Shown piece after piece: positions 29,427 to 38,231 of a stretch of DNA of 64,000 nt (positions are counted from its first letter, which is position 1; every line of letters starts with the position of its first letter). The DNA is from Thermoplasmata archaeon. GTDB taxonomy: Archaea > Thermoplasmatota > E2 > DHVEG-1. Both the position numbers and the translations under genes were made by a program. The stretch lies in NCBI GenBank assembly GCA_020054495.1, contig JAHWGK010000003.1, forward strand, positions 13,312 to 77,311. The letters run 5' to 3'. A model generated the notes under the pieces. That model searched no databases. It saw only the letters and a list, made by a program, of their open reading frames with translations, and was not told where the DNA came from.

Positions 29427-29846
29427 CTAAGATTCACTAATTATATTTCTCATTTGTTCGTGGAATAGTTCTGCATCTTTTATCGCTTGATGCGCCTCAT
29501 CATCAGAGATCAGCACATCTAATGCATAAAGTGTGTTATGTCGGTTTCTTCTATATGTATCGAGTTGATTAGATAGTCTCCTTAAATTTGGATATGTCTC
29601 TCTCAAATATGAAACAACACAAATATGACTTCTTTCTTTGACGCCGTCTCTAAATAATAATCCTCTTGCAGCATGAAACATTGCAGTATATGAACAGAAA
29701 ATTACTAAGTTGTAATTATTCATTTTAAGATTATCTTTTGCATCTTGAATATAAGAGAGACTTGCATCTAACGATTTTATTGCATATTGTTTTGATGCCT
29801 TCATTTTTTTTAATAAACCTTCTTTGAAACAGTCATTTAGTTTCAC
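29427..29846 (-). CDS. HEPN domain protein (toxin of a HEPN/MNT pair)
   Basis: 139 aa helical protein. AMFHAARGLLFRDG and a downstream R....H-type region (RRNRHNTLY). ATGA overlap with the upstream MNT gene. Confidence 0.75.
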   Translation of the reverse strand: MKLNDCFKEGLLKKMKASKQYAIKSLDASLSYIQDAKDNLKMNNYNLVIFCSYTAMFHAARGLLFRDGVKERSHICVVSYLRETYPNLRRLSNQLDTYRRNRHNTLYALDVLISDDEAHQAIKDAELFHEQMRNIISES

Positions 29847-30409
29847 GGTAAACCACTTCCATGTAGCACAATATGATTTTCAAGTATTGACTCATAGAAT
29901 ATTTTATCTTTATCTTTTAGTTTCTGCCATTCTGAAATGGTCATGGTTTGAATTGAAATTGTTTTTCGTAATTTCTGCTCCAATTCTTGTATAATCCGGG
30001 TAAATGGTTTTTTGTTATTTTTTATAATGAGTAGATCTATATCGCTTTTTGTGTCATTTTCGCCGTTTGCATGTGAACCGTATAGAATTAGTGAGATAAT
30101 GGTATCGTCGGTCTTTAAAAATTGGTCAATAAGTTTGTATTGTTCAAATTCAAGAAGCGTATTAACGATTTTCAATTGCTTTACTAATTCAAATTCATTA
30201 TTTAATCTATAGAGATGGACATTTCCAACGATTTCTTTAATGAGTATGTTGTCTTTATGAATATTTCTTAGAAATGTATTTACAGTTCCTGATCCGATTC
30301 CTGTTTTTCTAGATATTTCTTTTGTGTAGAAACCTTTATCAGGATTTTTAAGAAAAATCTGAAGTAGTTTCCAGTCTTTGTATTTTTCAAACATTTCATC
30401 AATATGCAT
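29843..30409 (-). CDS. wHTH + minimal nucleotidyltransferase (MNT antitoxin)
   Basis: N-terminal wHTH (FYTKEISRKTGIGSGTVNTFLRN) and an NTase motif (LILYGSHANGENDTKSDIDLLII). Start placed at the ATG at 30409, 24 nt downstream of a TATA box. Confidence 0.75.
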   Translation of the reverse strand: MHIDEMFEKYKDWKLLQIFLKNPDKGFYTKEISRKTGIGSGTVNTFLRNIHKDNILIKEIVGNVHLYRLNNEFELVKQLKIVNTLLEFEQYKLIDQFLKTDDTIISLILYGSHANGENDTKSDIDLLIIKNNKKPFTRIIQELEQKLRKTISIQTMTISEWQKLKDKDKIFYESILENHIVLHGSGLP

Positions 30410-30416
30410 GGTCAAC

Positions 30417-30464
30417 AAAACTATCGTTCTATATATAAAACTATCGTTCATTAAATAGAACTAT
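30417..30464 (-). promoter_or_regulatory. Phased direct repeats bracketing the TATA box of the MNT/HEPN operon (candidate operator)
   Basis: AAAACTATCGTTC occurs at 30417-30429 and 30437-30449 with TATATAT between them. A third AACTAT lies at 30459-30464. The period is exactly 20 bp. Confidence 0.45.
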
Positions 30465-30473
30465 TAATCGAGC

Positions 30474-30499
30474 GCTTGGTGTAGGCCGTAAGTCTCCTT
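30474..30499 (+). repeat. Right copy of the imperfect direct repeat flanking the HEPN/MNT cassette
   Basis: GCTTGGTGTAGGCCGTAAGTCTCCTT, 1141 bp from the left copy and in the same orientation. Confidence 0.55.
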
Positions 30500-30506
30500 C
30501 TGATTT

Positions 30507-30944
30507 TTACAGTAGCTTTTCGATTTTGTCCAATTGTTTTCTTTTTATAAGCTCTAAGATATGGTCAGCGCTTCTTTGGACAACGCCTGTTAGTCTTCCA
30601 GACATACTTTTAGGCTGGATTCCAATAAAAATTATGTTCTTTACATATTGTTCAAGATAGTTTATTATAACTGAAATAGGTATACCATGTGTACTTATAT
30701 GCATAACTCCAATTTTTTCTTTTGAAACAATCCTAACTTCTCCAGGGGGAAGTCCCATTTCAGCGGCATCGATAATGATTAGTTTCTTTGGATCATATTT
30801 TTTAACTATAGACGTATAGTTTTCAGGTACTACTCCACAGTCCAATACGTTTGTTCCTTCTTCTTTTAGCTTATCTGCAATATATGGCCCTACTGCATCA
30901 TCACCGCCATCTCTGTTACCAATGCACATTATAAGAAAATCCAT
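30507..30944 (-). CDS. hycI: Hydrogenase maturation endopeptidase (HycI-type)
   Basis: CIGNRDGGDDAVGPYIA...IIDAAEMG...STHG. Confidence 0.85.
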   Translation of the reverse strand: MDFLIMCIGNRDGGDDAVGPYIADKLKEEGTNVLDCGVVPENYTSIVKKYDPKKLIIIDAAEMGLPPGEVRIVSKEKIGVMHISTHGIPISVIINYLEQYVKNIIFIGIQPKSMSGRLTGVVQRSADHILELIKRKQLDKIEKLL

Positions 30945-30992
30945 CTCAAAGCTCTATCAAACTAAAAATAGATAAACGTTATGTCTAAAATA

Positions 30993-32372
30993 TCAGATCT
31001 TTTTCATTATTCCCTTAGCAGCAATTAGCCCTGTAGCCGCAGATGCGACAATTCCTCGGGAAAGACCTGCTCCATCACCAGCGACAAAGAAATTTGGTAT
31101 ATTTGTTTCTAGATTATTATTTACAATAAAACGCATGGAATAAAATTTAATTTCAGGTGCATATAAAAGCGTAGAATCTGAATTGACACCAGGTATAATT
31201 TTATCTAGTTGCTCCAGCCCTTCAATAACATTAGTTACAATACGATGGGGCATTGCCATTGATATATCACCCGGAGTTGAATTCATTAAAGTGGGCTTAA
31301 CATAAGATTTTTGAATTCTACTTTCAGTAGACCGCCGGCCACTCCTTAAATCCTCTAATCTCTGAATAATAGGCATCTTTCCACCTATTGTTGTCGCAAG
31401 CTTTGCAATTGAAATACCATACTCTGTTGTGTTTTCAACTGGTTTTGTAAGTTCAATATTAGTCAAAAACGCAAAATTTGTATTTTCCGATTTTATGGAA
31501 TTACTTGAATGACCATTTACACCAATATATTCGCCATAGTCTTCCATAACTACAAAACCATTTGGGCAAGTACAAAAAGTTCTTACAAAATCATCATAGG
31601 TTTTTGTATACATATGAAATTTTGGGTCCCATGCATACTCAGTAATATTTTTCATGATAACCGCAGGGGTTTCCACACGCACTCCAATATCAATAGGTGC
31701 AAATCTTGTTTGAATTCCTAACCTTTTAGCTTCGGATGCTAGCCAATCTGCTCCAGCCCGACCTGTTGCAGTAAGAACATATCTTGTTTCGATTGTTTTA
31801 TTTTCATCAAGCAATAACTCAAATCCCGTATCTTTACAATTTATTTGTTTTACTTTGGTATTCAACCAAAAACTTACGCCTTTCCGTTCTAAATAATTTT
31901 TTATGGAAGAAACAACAAAAGGAAGTAAATCTGACCCGATATGACGTTGAGGAATGGGTATAAATTCAATACCGTGAGCAGCAGCAGTCTTTTCCATTTC
32001 AAAGGAGGTTTTACCATAGAGTTTTTTTGAGGCTCCATGGTTTAAAAAAATCTCATCAATTTTTTCAATTAGATTATCTGCTTCCTGTTTTGAGACAAAC
32101 TCCTCAAGATTTCCTCCAACATCTGATTTTAAGTTTAATTTACCATCAGAGAGCCCACCTGCTCCACCCAAACCACATAAAATATTGCATGGTTTACATT
32201 TCATGCATCTTGTATAATTAGATACTAATGGACATTTTCTATCACTAATATCTTTTCCTTTATCAATTACAGCAATTTTTAAAGATGTAACATTAGCAAG
32301 TTCATATGCAGCAAAAAGACCCGCGGGGCCGGCGCCTATTATAATTACATCCAAATTCAAGCAATTACACAA
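30993..32372 (-). CDS. FAD-dependent oxidoreductase (COG2509-like)
   Basis: DVIIIGAGPAGLFAAYEL dinucleotide fold, a Cys-rich insert (CPL...CMKCKPC) and a C-terminal GDGAG. Confidence 0.65.
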   Translation of the reverse strand: MCNCLNLDVIIIGAGPAGLFAAYELANVTSLKIAVIDKGKDISDRKCPLVSNYTRCMKCKPCNILCGLGGAGGLSDGKLNLKSDVGGNLEEFVSKQEADNLIEKIDEIFLNHGASKKLYGKTSFEMEKTAAAHGIEFIPIPQRHIGSDLLPFVVSSIKNYLERKGVSFWLNTKVKQINCKDTGFELLLDENKTIETRYVLTATGRAGADWLASEAKRLGIQTRFAPIDIGVRVETPAVIMKNITEYAWDPKFHMYTKTYDDFVRTFCTCPNGFVVMEDYGEYIGVNGHSSNSIKSENTNFAFLTNIELTKPVENTTEYGISIAKLATTIGGKMPIIQRLEDLRSGRRSTESRIQKSYVKPTLMNSTPGDISMAMPHRIVTNVIEGLEQLDKIIPGVNSDSTLLYAPEIKFYSMRFIVNNNLETNIPNFFVAGDGAGLSRGIVASAATGLIAAKGIMKKI

Positions 32373-32414
32373 ATAATAATTTCTATAAAAAAGTTGTGAA
32401 GAAAAAATGTTTTT

Positions 32415-32939
32415 TTAACCTTCAAATTCTACAACCGAGTAAATATTCTCACCTTTTAACTTATCTCGCCCTTTTAAATCAATTAATTCAACAATAAATG
32501 CACACTCAACGAGCTCTCCACCAAGTTTTTTTACTAAATTTCTCGCTGCAGAAGCAGTTCCGGCAGTTGCTATTAAATCATCGACAATTAATATCTTGTC
32601 ACCTTTAGTTATTGCATCTTTATGTATCTCTATCTTATCAGTGCCATATTCCAATGTGTATTCTTCAGATTCACATTCTGCAGGTAGTTTACCCGGTTTT
32701 CTAATTGGGACAAATCCACATCCTAAAAGATATGCTAAGGGAGCTCCAAAAATAAAACCACGTGACTCAATTCCTATTACCTTGTCAATTTTTTTATCTT
32801 TGTATCTTTTAAATAATAAATCGATGGTCTCCTTAAAACCTTCAGGGTCTTTCAAAAGAGTTGTAATATCTCGAAACATAATTCCTTCTTTGGGCCAATG
32901 GGGTACAGTTCTAATTTTTGATTTGATAGATTCAGTCAT
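32415..32939 (-). CDS. apt: Adenine phosphoribosyltransferase
   Basis: [10 protein letters not shown] and the PRPP motif [13 protein letters not shown]. Confidence 0.9.
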   Translation of the reverse strand: MTESIKSKIRTVPHWPKEGIMFRDITTLLKDPEGFKETIDLLFKRYKDKKIDKVIGIESRGFIFGAPLAYLLGCGFVPIRKPGKLPAECESEEYTLEYGTDKIEIHKDAITKGDKILIVDDLIATAGTASAARNLVKKLGGELVECAFIVELIDLKGRDKLKGENIYSVVEFEG

Positions 32940-33010
32940 TTTCTCACCTGCAAATAAGCATTATTATGGAAAGCAAAAAGCTTTTTTAGTTATTTCTATT
33001 CGTTAAGTCT

Positions 33011-33868
33011 ATGTCTATTAAAATAGGAATTATTGGCGGTAGTGGTCTTTACAAAATGGGAATAATAGATGATACTGAAGAAATCGATATCAACACTCCC
33101 TTTGGTAAACCTTCAGATAAAATAACTCTTGGTAAAATAAGTGGTGTTGACGTAGCATTTTTACCTAGGCATGGCAGAGGTCATGCAATTGCACCTCACA
33201 AGATAAACTACAGGGCAAATGTATTTGCAATGAAAGAATGTGGTGTGGAATATCTTGTTTCAACTGCCGCAGTTGGGAGTCTTAAAAAGGAGATAAAACC
33301 CTGTGATTTTGTTATTGCAAATCAGTTAATTGATAGAACAGCAAAAAGAATTACAACATTTTTTGAGGATGGGATTGTAGCTCACGTTGGTTTTGCAGAT
33401 CCCTTTTGTAAGACTTTGTCGGATATTGCTTTTAAGACGGTTAAAGAAGAAGACATTGATGTACACTGTGGGACCTATATTTGCATGGAAGGTCCACAGT
33501 TTTCGACAAGAGCTGAATCAAACTTGTACTGCAGTTGGAACATTGATGTTATAGGAATGACACTAGCACCAGAAGCAAAACTAGCTAGAGAAGCAGAAAT
33601 GTGTTTATGCGGGATTCTGACAGTTACAGATTATGATTGTTGGCATGAAGGAGAGGAAGATGTATGTGTTGCATCTGTAGTTGAAAACCTGAAAAAGAAT
33701 GACAAAAACATGGCTAATATCATAAAAAGACTGATTCCAAAAATCAAATATAAAAGAACCTGTGAGTGTCATAATGCTTTGGAATGTGCCGTAATTACAT
33801 CGCCAGAACTTATTGAAAAAAATGTTAATCCTCAGGTCAGCAGAGTTTTGTTAAAGAGGTTTAATTAA
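33011..33868 (+). CDS. mtnP: S-methyl-5-thioadenosine phosphorylase
   Basis: IGIIGGSGLY, FGKPSD, LPRHGRGH, and MTLAPEAKLAREAE. Confidence 0.9.
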   Translation: MSIKIGIIGGSGLYKMGIIDDTEEIDINTPFGKPSDKITLGKISGVDVAFLPRHGRGHAIAPHKINYRANVFAMKECGVEYLVSTAAVGSLKKEIKPCDFVIANQLIDRTAKRITTFFEDGIVAHVGFADPFCKTLSDIAFKTVKEEDIDVHCGTYICMEGPQFSTRAESNLYCSWNIDVIGMTLAPEAKLAREAEMCLCGILTVTDYDCWHEGEEDVCVASVVENLKKNDKNMANIIKRLIPKIKYKRTCECHNALECAVITSPELIEKNVNPQVSRVLLKRFN

Positions 33869-33873
33869 AACTT

Positions 33874-34125
33874 CTATTTTGCTGTCCATTTTTTCCTTTC
33901 ATATTCAAATATTAAAAACCCTGAAAATGTTAAAACAACAAATAATATTGCCACCGATAACAGCCAAAACAACTCTTGGATGACTCCAGAAATTCCAATT
34001 GACCAGCATCGAATACAAAGAAAGATATAACCAATTCCAACGATTACAAGAGACAACAAAAATGACCTTTTTTTATTCATTTTTTTGTAGAAATTTCTTT
34101 CAACTAATTCATGGTCTGTCTGCAT
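33874..34125 (-). CDS. Small membrane protein (83 aa)
   Basis: Two hydrophobic helices; no recognised family. Confidence 0.3.
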   Translation of the reverse strand: MQTDHELVERNFYKKMNKKRSFLLSLVIVGIGYIFLCIRCWSIGISGVIQELFWLLSVAILFVVLTFSGFLIFEYERKKWTAK

Positions 34126-34148
34126 CCCATCACTCTATAACTAAGTAT

Positions 34149-34445
34149 TTATCTCGTATTAATTTTTTTGGAGATACTTTTCTTTATATTTATCGCAGAA
34201 AAAAGAAACAATAATAGCCATATCGTCCCTGAGAAAAATTCTGCAACAAATGAAACTATCATGTTAAGAGTAAAAAATGTAACTCCAAGAATATATAACC
34301 CAATTGTTGTAAGCCCTGCTGTATAAATATTGAGTATAGTTTTACCACGCCAAGTATCTTTTAGTTGTGGTAGAAGTATGAACCCGAATAGTATGCTGAC
34401 AATTGCTATTACATAGTCTTGCCACATGTGTCCCCAAGGAACCAT
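34149..34445 (-). CDS. Small 3-TM membrane protein, possibly PQ-loop/SemiSWEET-like
   Basis: 98 aa with three hydrophobic segments and an LLPQLKDTWRGKT motif after TM1. Confidence 0.3.
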   Translation of the reverse strand: MVPWGHMWQDYVIAIVSILFGFILLPQLKDTWRGKTILNIYTAGLTTIGLYILGVTFFTLNMIVSFVAEFFSGTIWLLLFLFSAINIKKSISKKINTR

Positions 34446-34483
34446 AGGTTATAAATAAAACTTATGCATCGCATGAGAGGAAA

Positions 34484-35539
34484 ATGGTAGAAAAAATCAA
34501 GCTTGCACAAGGTGCAGGCGGGCAGATGATGGACAAACTTATCAAAGATAAGATTCTGAAGTATTTTACAAAAACATCAGTATCTGCAGAAATTCCACTC
34601 TCAATGCTAGATGATTCTGCTGTAATTGATGATATCGTGTTTTCAACTGATTCTCATACAGTTCAACCAATTATTTTTCCGGGTGGGGATCTTGGTTCTC
34701 TTGCTGTTGCTGGTACAGTTAATGATATCTCTGTTATGGGTGCAAAACCAATTGCTCTTTCAGCTGGTTTCATCATCGAAGAAGGCCTGTCTTCAGAGAC
34801 TTTTGAAACAATTGTTAAAAGCATGAGTAAAGTAGCTAGCGATGCAGATGTTCCAATTGTTACAGGTGATACAAAGGTTGTAGAAAAAGGGGCGATACAA
34901 GAATTCATGATTAATACAAGCGGTATTGGAAAAAGAACTTCTCTTCTTGAAAAGAACATAAAGGAAGTTAAACAATATCGAAGCTTCAAGCAAAGATGGT
35001 TACTTGATTCAAACCTTGAAAAGGGTGATAAAATCATTCTTTCAGGTAACATTGGTGAGCATGGAATAGCTTTGATGTCATATAGAGAGGGTTATGGTTT
35101 TGAAACCGAAATTAAGTCTGATGTTGCCCCAATAAATAGACTAATGGAAAAAATTCTTTCTGTTGGTGGTGTTGTCTCTGCAAAAGACCCAACACGTGGA
35201 GGGCTAGCAAATACAGTGAATGAGTTTAGTGAAAAATCAAAAATTGGGATTGTCCTTGATGAAGAGGTAGTTCCTATCCCTAAAGGCGTTAGATCTGCAT
35301 GTGATCTGCTTGGTATTGATCCCCTTGAAATTGGTAATGAAGGTAAAGTAGTAATTGGCGTTGTAAAAGAGAAGGCAAATGATGTTCTAGCAGAAATTAA
35401 GAAGCACCCTCTTGGTAAAAACGCAGCGATTATTGGCAAAGCAACAGACAAAATTAAGGGTGTAGTGTTGAAAACAACTGTCGGTGGTAAAAGAAATCTT
35501 CGCAAGCCTATTGGGGATCCTGTTCCACGGATATGTTGA
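34484..35539 (+). CDS. hypE: Hydrogenase maturation protein HypE
   Basis: AIR-synthase-like fold and C-terminal PRIC. Confidence 0.95.
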   Translation: MVEKIKLAQGAGGQMMDKLIKDKILKYFTKTSVSAEIPLSMLDDSAVIDDIVFSTDSHTVQPIIFPGGDLGSLAVAGTVNDISVMGAKPIALSAGFIIEEGLSSETFETIVKSMSKVASDADVPIVTGDTKVVEKGAIQEFMINTSGIGKRTSLLEKNIKEVKQYRSFKQRWLLDSNLEKGDKIILSGNIGEHGIALMSYREGYGFETEIKSDVAPINRLMEKILSVGGVVSAKDPTRGGLANTVNEFSEKSKIGIVLDEEVVPIPKGVRSACDLLGIDPLEIGNEGKVVIGVVKEKANDVLAEIKKHPLGKNAAIIGKATDKIKGVVLKTTVGGKRNLRKPIGDPVPRIC

Positions 35540-35562
35540 TATCTAGCGATAAATCCGTAAAT

Positions 35563-35580
35563 TTTTAAATAGTATATATG
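35563..35580 (+). promoter_or_regulatory. Candidate TATA region of the hydrogenase operon
   Basis: TTTTTAAATAGTATATAT lies 45-60 nt before the ATG at 35625. A small AGAAC/GTTCT hairpin and a GGAGG RBS sit between. Confidence 0.3.
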
Positions 35581-35624
35581 ATTACCAGGAACAGAACTTT
35601 TTAGGTTCTTGGAGGCAACATTTT

Positions 35625-36062
35625 ATGACAAAAGGTCTTTCAAAATCTTTTAAGAAAGCACTGTGGGTTTATCATTGCAATTCCGGCTCGTGTAATGGAT
35701 GTGACATTGAAATCATTGCAGCGCTCTGCCCCAGATATGATGTGGAGCGTTTTGGCATTAAGCTTGTTGGATCGCCGCGTCATGCTGACGCATTGTTGAT
35801 TACCGGTCCGGTGACTAGACAGATGGAGGATAAGGTTAAACGAGTGTTTGAACAAATGCCAGACCCAAAGGCAGTCATTTGTGTTGGCAATTGTGGAAAT
35901 ACTGGCGATGTTTTTTATGAATCATATAACCTAGTCGGTCCAATTGATAATATTATTCCTGTTGATGTTCATGTGATTGGTTGCCCACCACGACCAGAGG
36001 CGATTATAATGGCGGTTGCAAAAGCGTGGACTAAACTTGAGACGTTGGAGGCAAAAAAATGA
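35625..36062 (+). CDS. Group 4 [NiFe]-hydrogenase small subunit (NuoB/MbhJ/EchC-like)
   Basis: CNSGSCNGCDIE, GSPRHAD, VGNCG and GCPPRPEA cluster ligands. Confidence 0.9.
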   Translation: MTKGLSKSFKKALWVYHCNSGSCNGCDIEIIAALCPRYDVERFGIKLVGSPRHADALLITGPVTRQMEDKVKRVFEQMPDPKAVICVGNCGNTGDVFYESYNLVGPIDNIIPVDVHVIGCPPRPEAIIMAVAKAWTKLETLEAKK

Positions 36063-36592
36063 CCGAGCAATTAACTCCTGAAAAACTTGTTAAATCTTTC
36101 AAAGACGAATTCAAAACAAAAATTAAAGAATCTCGCATCGAAAAACATATTGCAGGATCTAAGAAAACTGAATTTATTCATATCTGGTTAAAAGTGGATA
36201 AAAGTATTTTTAAAAATGTTATCAAACACATTTTCAAACTCGAAAAATACCCACACCTTGCCGTTGTTTCAGGATATGAAATGGGCAAGACAATCGACCT
36301 GGTGTATCACTTCTCTATCTACTACGGTGAACGAGCAAAAGAAATCTCTCTCAACATAACGGTTGAACTTCCGAAACCTAATCCAGTGATTGAGACAATC
36401 ACCGATCTTATCCCTGGGGCCCTTATCACCGAGCAGGAGAAACAAGAGATGCTTGGAATAAAAGTCAAGGGCATTCCAAAAGACGAGAGAGTATTCATAT
36501 CAGATGATTTCCCAAAAGGCATCTATCCCTGGCGTAAGGATAAAACTGGACCAGAAAAAATGGTTAGAAATTTACATGAGGTGAAAAAATGA
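36059..36592 (+). CDS. NuoC/MbhK-like hydrogenase subunit
   Basis: 30-kDa-subunit pattern ...LIPGALITEQEKQEMLGIKVKGIP...YPWRKD. ATGA overlap on both sides. Confidence 0.8.
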   Translation: MTEQLTPEKLVKSFKDEFKTKIKESRIEKHIAGSKKTEFIHIWLKVDKSIFKNVIKHIFKLEKYPHLAVVSGYEMGKTIDLVYHFSIYYGERAKEISLNITVELPKPNPVIETITDLIPGALITEQEKQEMLGIKVKGIPKDERVFISDDFPKGIYPWRKDKTGPEKMVRNLHEVKK

Positions 36593-37821
36593 GCCCTGAA
36601 GCAACAACAAAAACTACTTATCGATTGCCAATCGGCCCCATACATCCTGCTCTAAAGGAGCCTGTGGCATTTGAGTTTGAAATTGATGGGGAAAGAATTG
36701 TAGATGTCCGTGTCTCTTTGGGTCAGGTTCACAGATCTGTTGAATGGGCAGGAATGAGACGAAATCCAATTCAAATTCTCTATTTGGCTGAGAGAATCTG
36801 TGGCATTTGTTCTTATTGCCATCCTATGGCATTTGCTTTAGCTGTTGAAAACATTGCGGATATTGAGGTTCCTGAACGAGCTGAATATTTACGTGTTATA
36901 CAGGCAGAGCTTGAGAGAATTTGTTCGCATATTTTATGGGCGGGTGTTGCAGCACACGAGATAGGATTTGACTCAGTATTATTCTTAACCTGGCAAATGC
37001 GAGAGAAGGTGCTAGACCTCACAGAATATTTGACCGGTAATCGTATCACAAAAGCAATAACAATGATTGGTGGAGTGCGCAGGGATATCACAAAAGATAT
37101 GGTTCCAAAGGTTACTGAGGCATTGAATTATTTCAAAGACAACTTTGAAAAACTTCGGCACATCTTCTTAGATGATAAAACATTCAAGATGCGAAGCCAA
37201 GGCGTTGGTATTCTCACCAAAGAAGATGCATTGCAACTATGTGCATGTGGACCGACTACTCGTGCATCTGGTGTTAAAAAAGATGTACGTCTGGATCAAC
37301 CGTACTTTGCTTATGGTGATCTCGATTTCGACTATGTAACCCCTGACATTCTTACTGGAGAGGTAAACGGTGATGTGTATGACAGAATTATTGTTCGTCT
37401 GTTGGAAGTTAAGCAATCTATTGAGCTAATCGAGCAATGTCTTGATCTAATGCCTGCAGGGGATATCGTTTCAGAACCTAAGATTGCAAAACTACTTGCA
37501 ACACTTAAGAAGGTCAAAGGCGAAGGCATAGGACGAATGGAAGCACCTCGGGGAGAAGTAATTCATTACGTTAAACTTGATGAAAACGAACACCCATATT
37601 GCTGGAAGGTTCGCGCTCCTACATATAACAATATTCTCCCATGGATACCTATGTTAAGAGGTGAGCAGATAGCTGATATTCCAATTGTTGCAGCTTCAAC
37701 TGATCCATGTATGTCCTGTACAAACAGAGTTGCAATCGTTGATTCTGGTAAAAAATATGAGCTAAACCGGGAAGAACTTCACAAAATGAGTGTTGAAAAA
37801 ACAAGGAGGTTGATGAAATGA
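36589..37821 (+). CDS. Group 4 [NiFe]-hydrogenase large subunit (NuoD/MbhL/EchE-like)
   Basis: L1 motif RICGICSYCH and L2 motif DPCMSCTNR. A ~30-aa C-terminal extension follows, consistent with HycI processing. Confidence 0.95.
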   Translation: MSPEATTKTTYRLPIGPIHPALKEPVAFEFEIDGERIVDVRVSLGQVHRSVEWAGMRRNPIQILYLAERICGICSYCHPMAFALAVENIADIEVPERAEYLRVIQAELERICSHILWAGVAAHEIGFDSVLFLTWQMREKVLDLTEYLTGNRITKAITMIGGVRRDITKDMVPKVTEALNYFKDNFEKLRHIFLDDKTFKMRSQGVGILTKEDALQLCACGPTTRASGVKKDVRLDQPYFAYGDLDFDYVTPDILTGEVNGDVYDRIIVRLLEVKQSIELIEQCLDLMPAGDIVSEPKIAKLLATLKKVKGEGIGRMEAPRGEVIHYVKLDENEHPYCWKVRAPTYNNILPWIPMLRGEQIADIPIVAASTDPCMSCTNRVAIVDSGKKYELNREELHKMSVEKTRRLMK

Positions 37822-38219
37822 GATTTTCAATGTTACCTCAAGTGTTCTTTCAGATGTTTAAAAAACCATTTACCAATAAATTCCCAGCTAAATATATACC
37901 ATCTTCGACAACCAAGTTTTTAGAGGATGTTGGGGCGGGTAGAGTAAAGATCATTCCTCCTGTTGAAACGCCAATAGACTTCCGTGGAAAAATCCAATAT
38001 GACTCAGAAAAATGCATAGGATGTAAACTATGTATTAAGGTTTGTCCCACTGAAGCTATCGAATATAAAGAAAAAGAAAAGAAAATCAAGATTTACCTTG
38101 CGCGGTGTTGTTTTTGTTCCCAATGTAATGATGTTTGTCCAACTAATTGTCTCAGTATGGGTAATGAGTTCTTACTTGCTGACACTGACAAGTATTCCAA
38201 GGATCTAATCGTTGAGTAA
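37818..38219 (+). CDS. 2x[4Fe-4S] ferredoxin-like subunit (NuoI/MbhN/EchF-like)
   Basis: CIGCKLCIKVCP and CCFCSQCNDVCP. ATGA overlap with the large subunit gene. Confidence 0.85.
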   Translation: MRFSMLPQVFFQMFKKPFTNKFPAKYIPSSTTKFLEDVGAGRVKIIPPVETPIDFRGKIQYDSEKCIGCKLCIKVCPTEAIEYKEKEKKIKIYLARCCFCSQCNDVCPTNCLSMGNEFLLADTDKYSKDLIVE

Positions 38220-38231
38220 TGGTAAGATTTG

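Noticed and set aside
9864-33868. A link between the OPT transporter, MTA phosphorylase/APRT and nickel, via nicotianamine-type metallophore synthesis and import
   Set aside because: No nicotianamine-synthase-like or opine-metallophore gene is visible. OPT, mtnP and apt are each explained by peptide uptake and ordinary MTA/adenine salvage.
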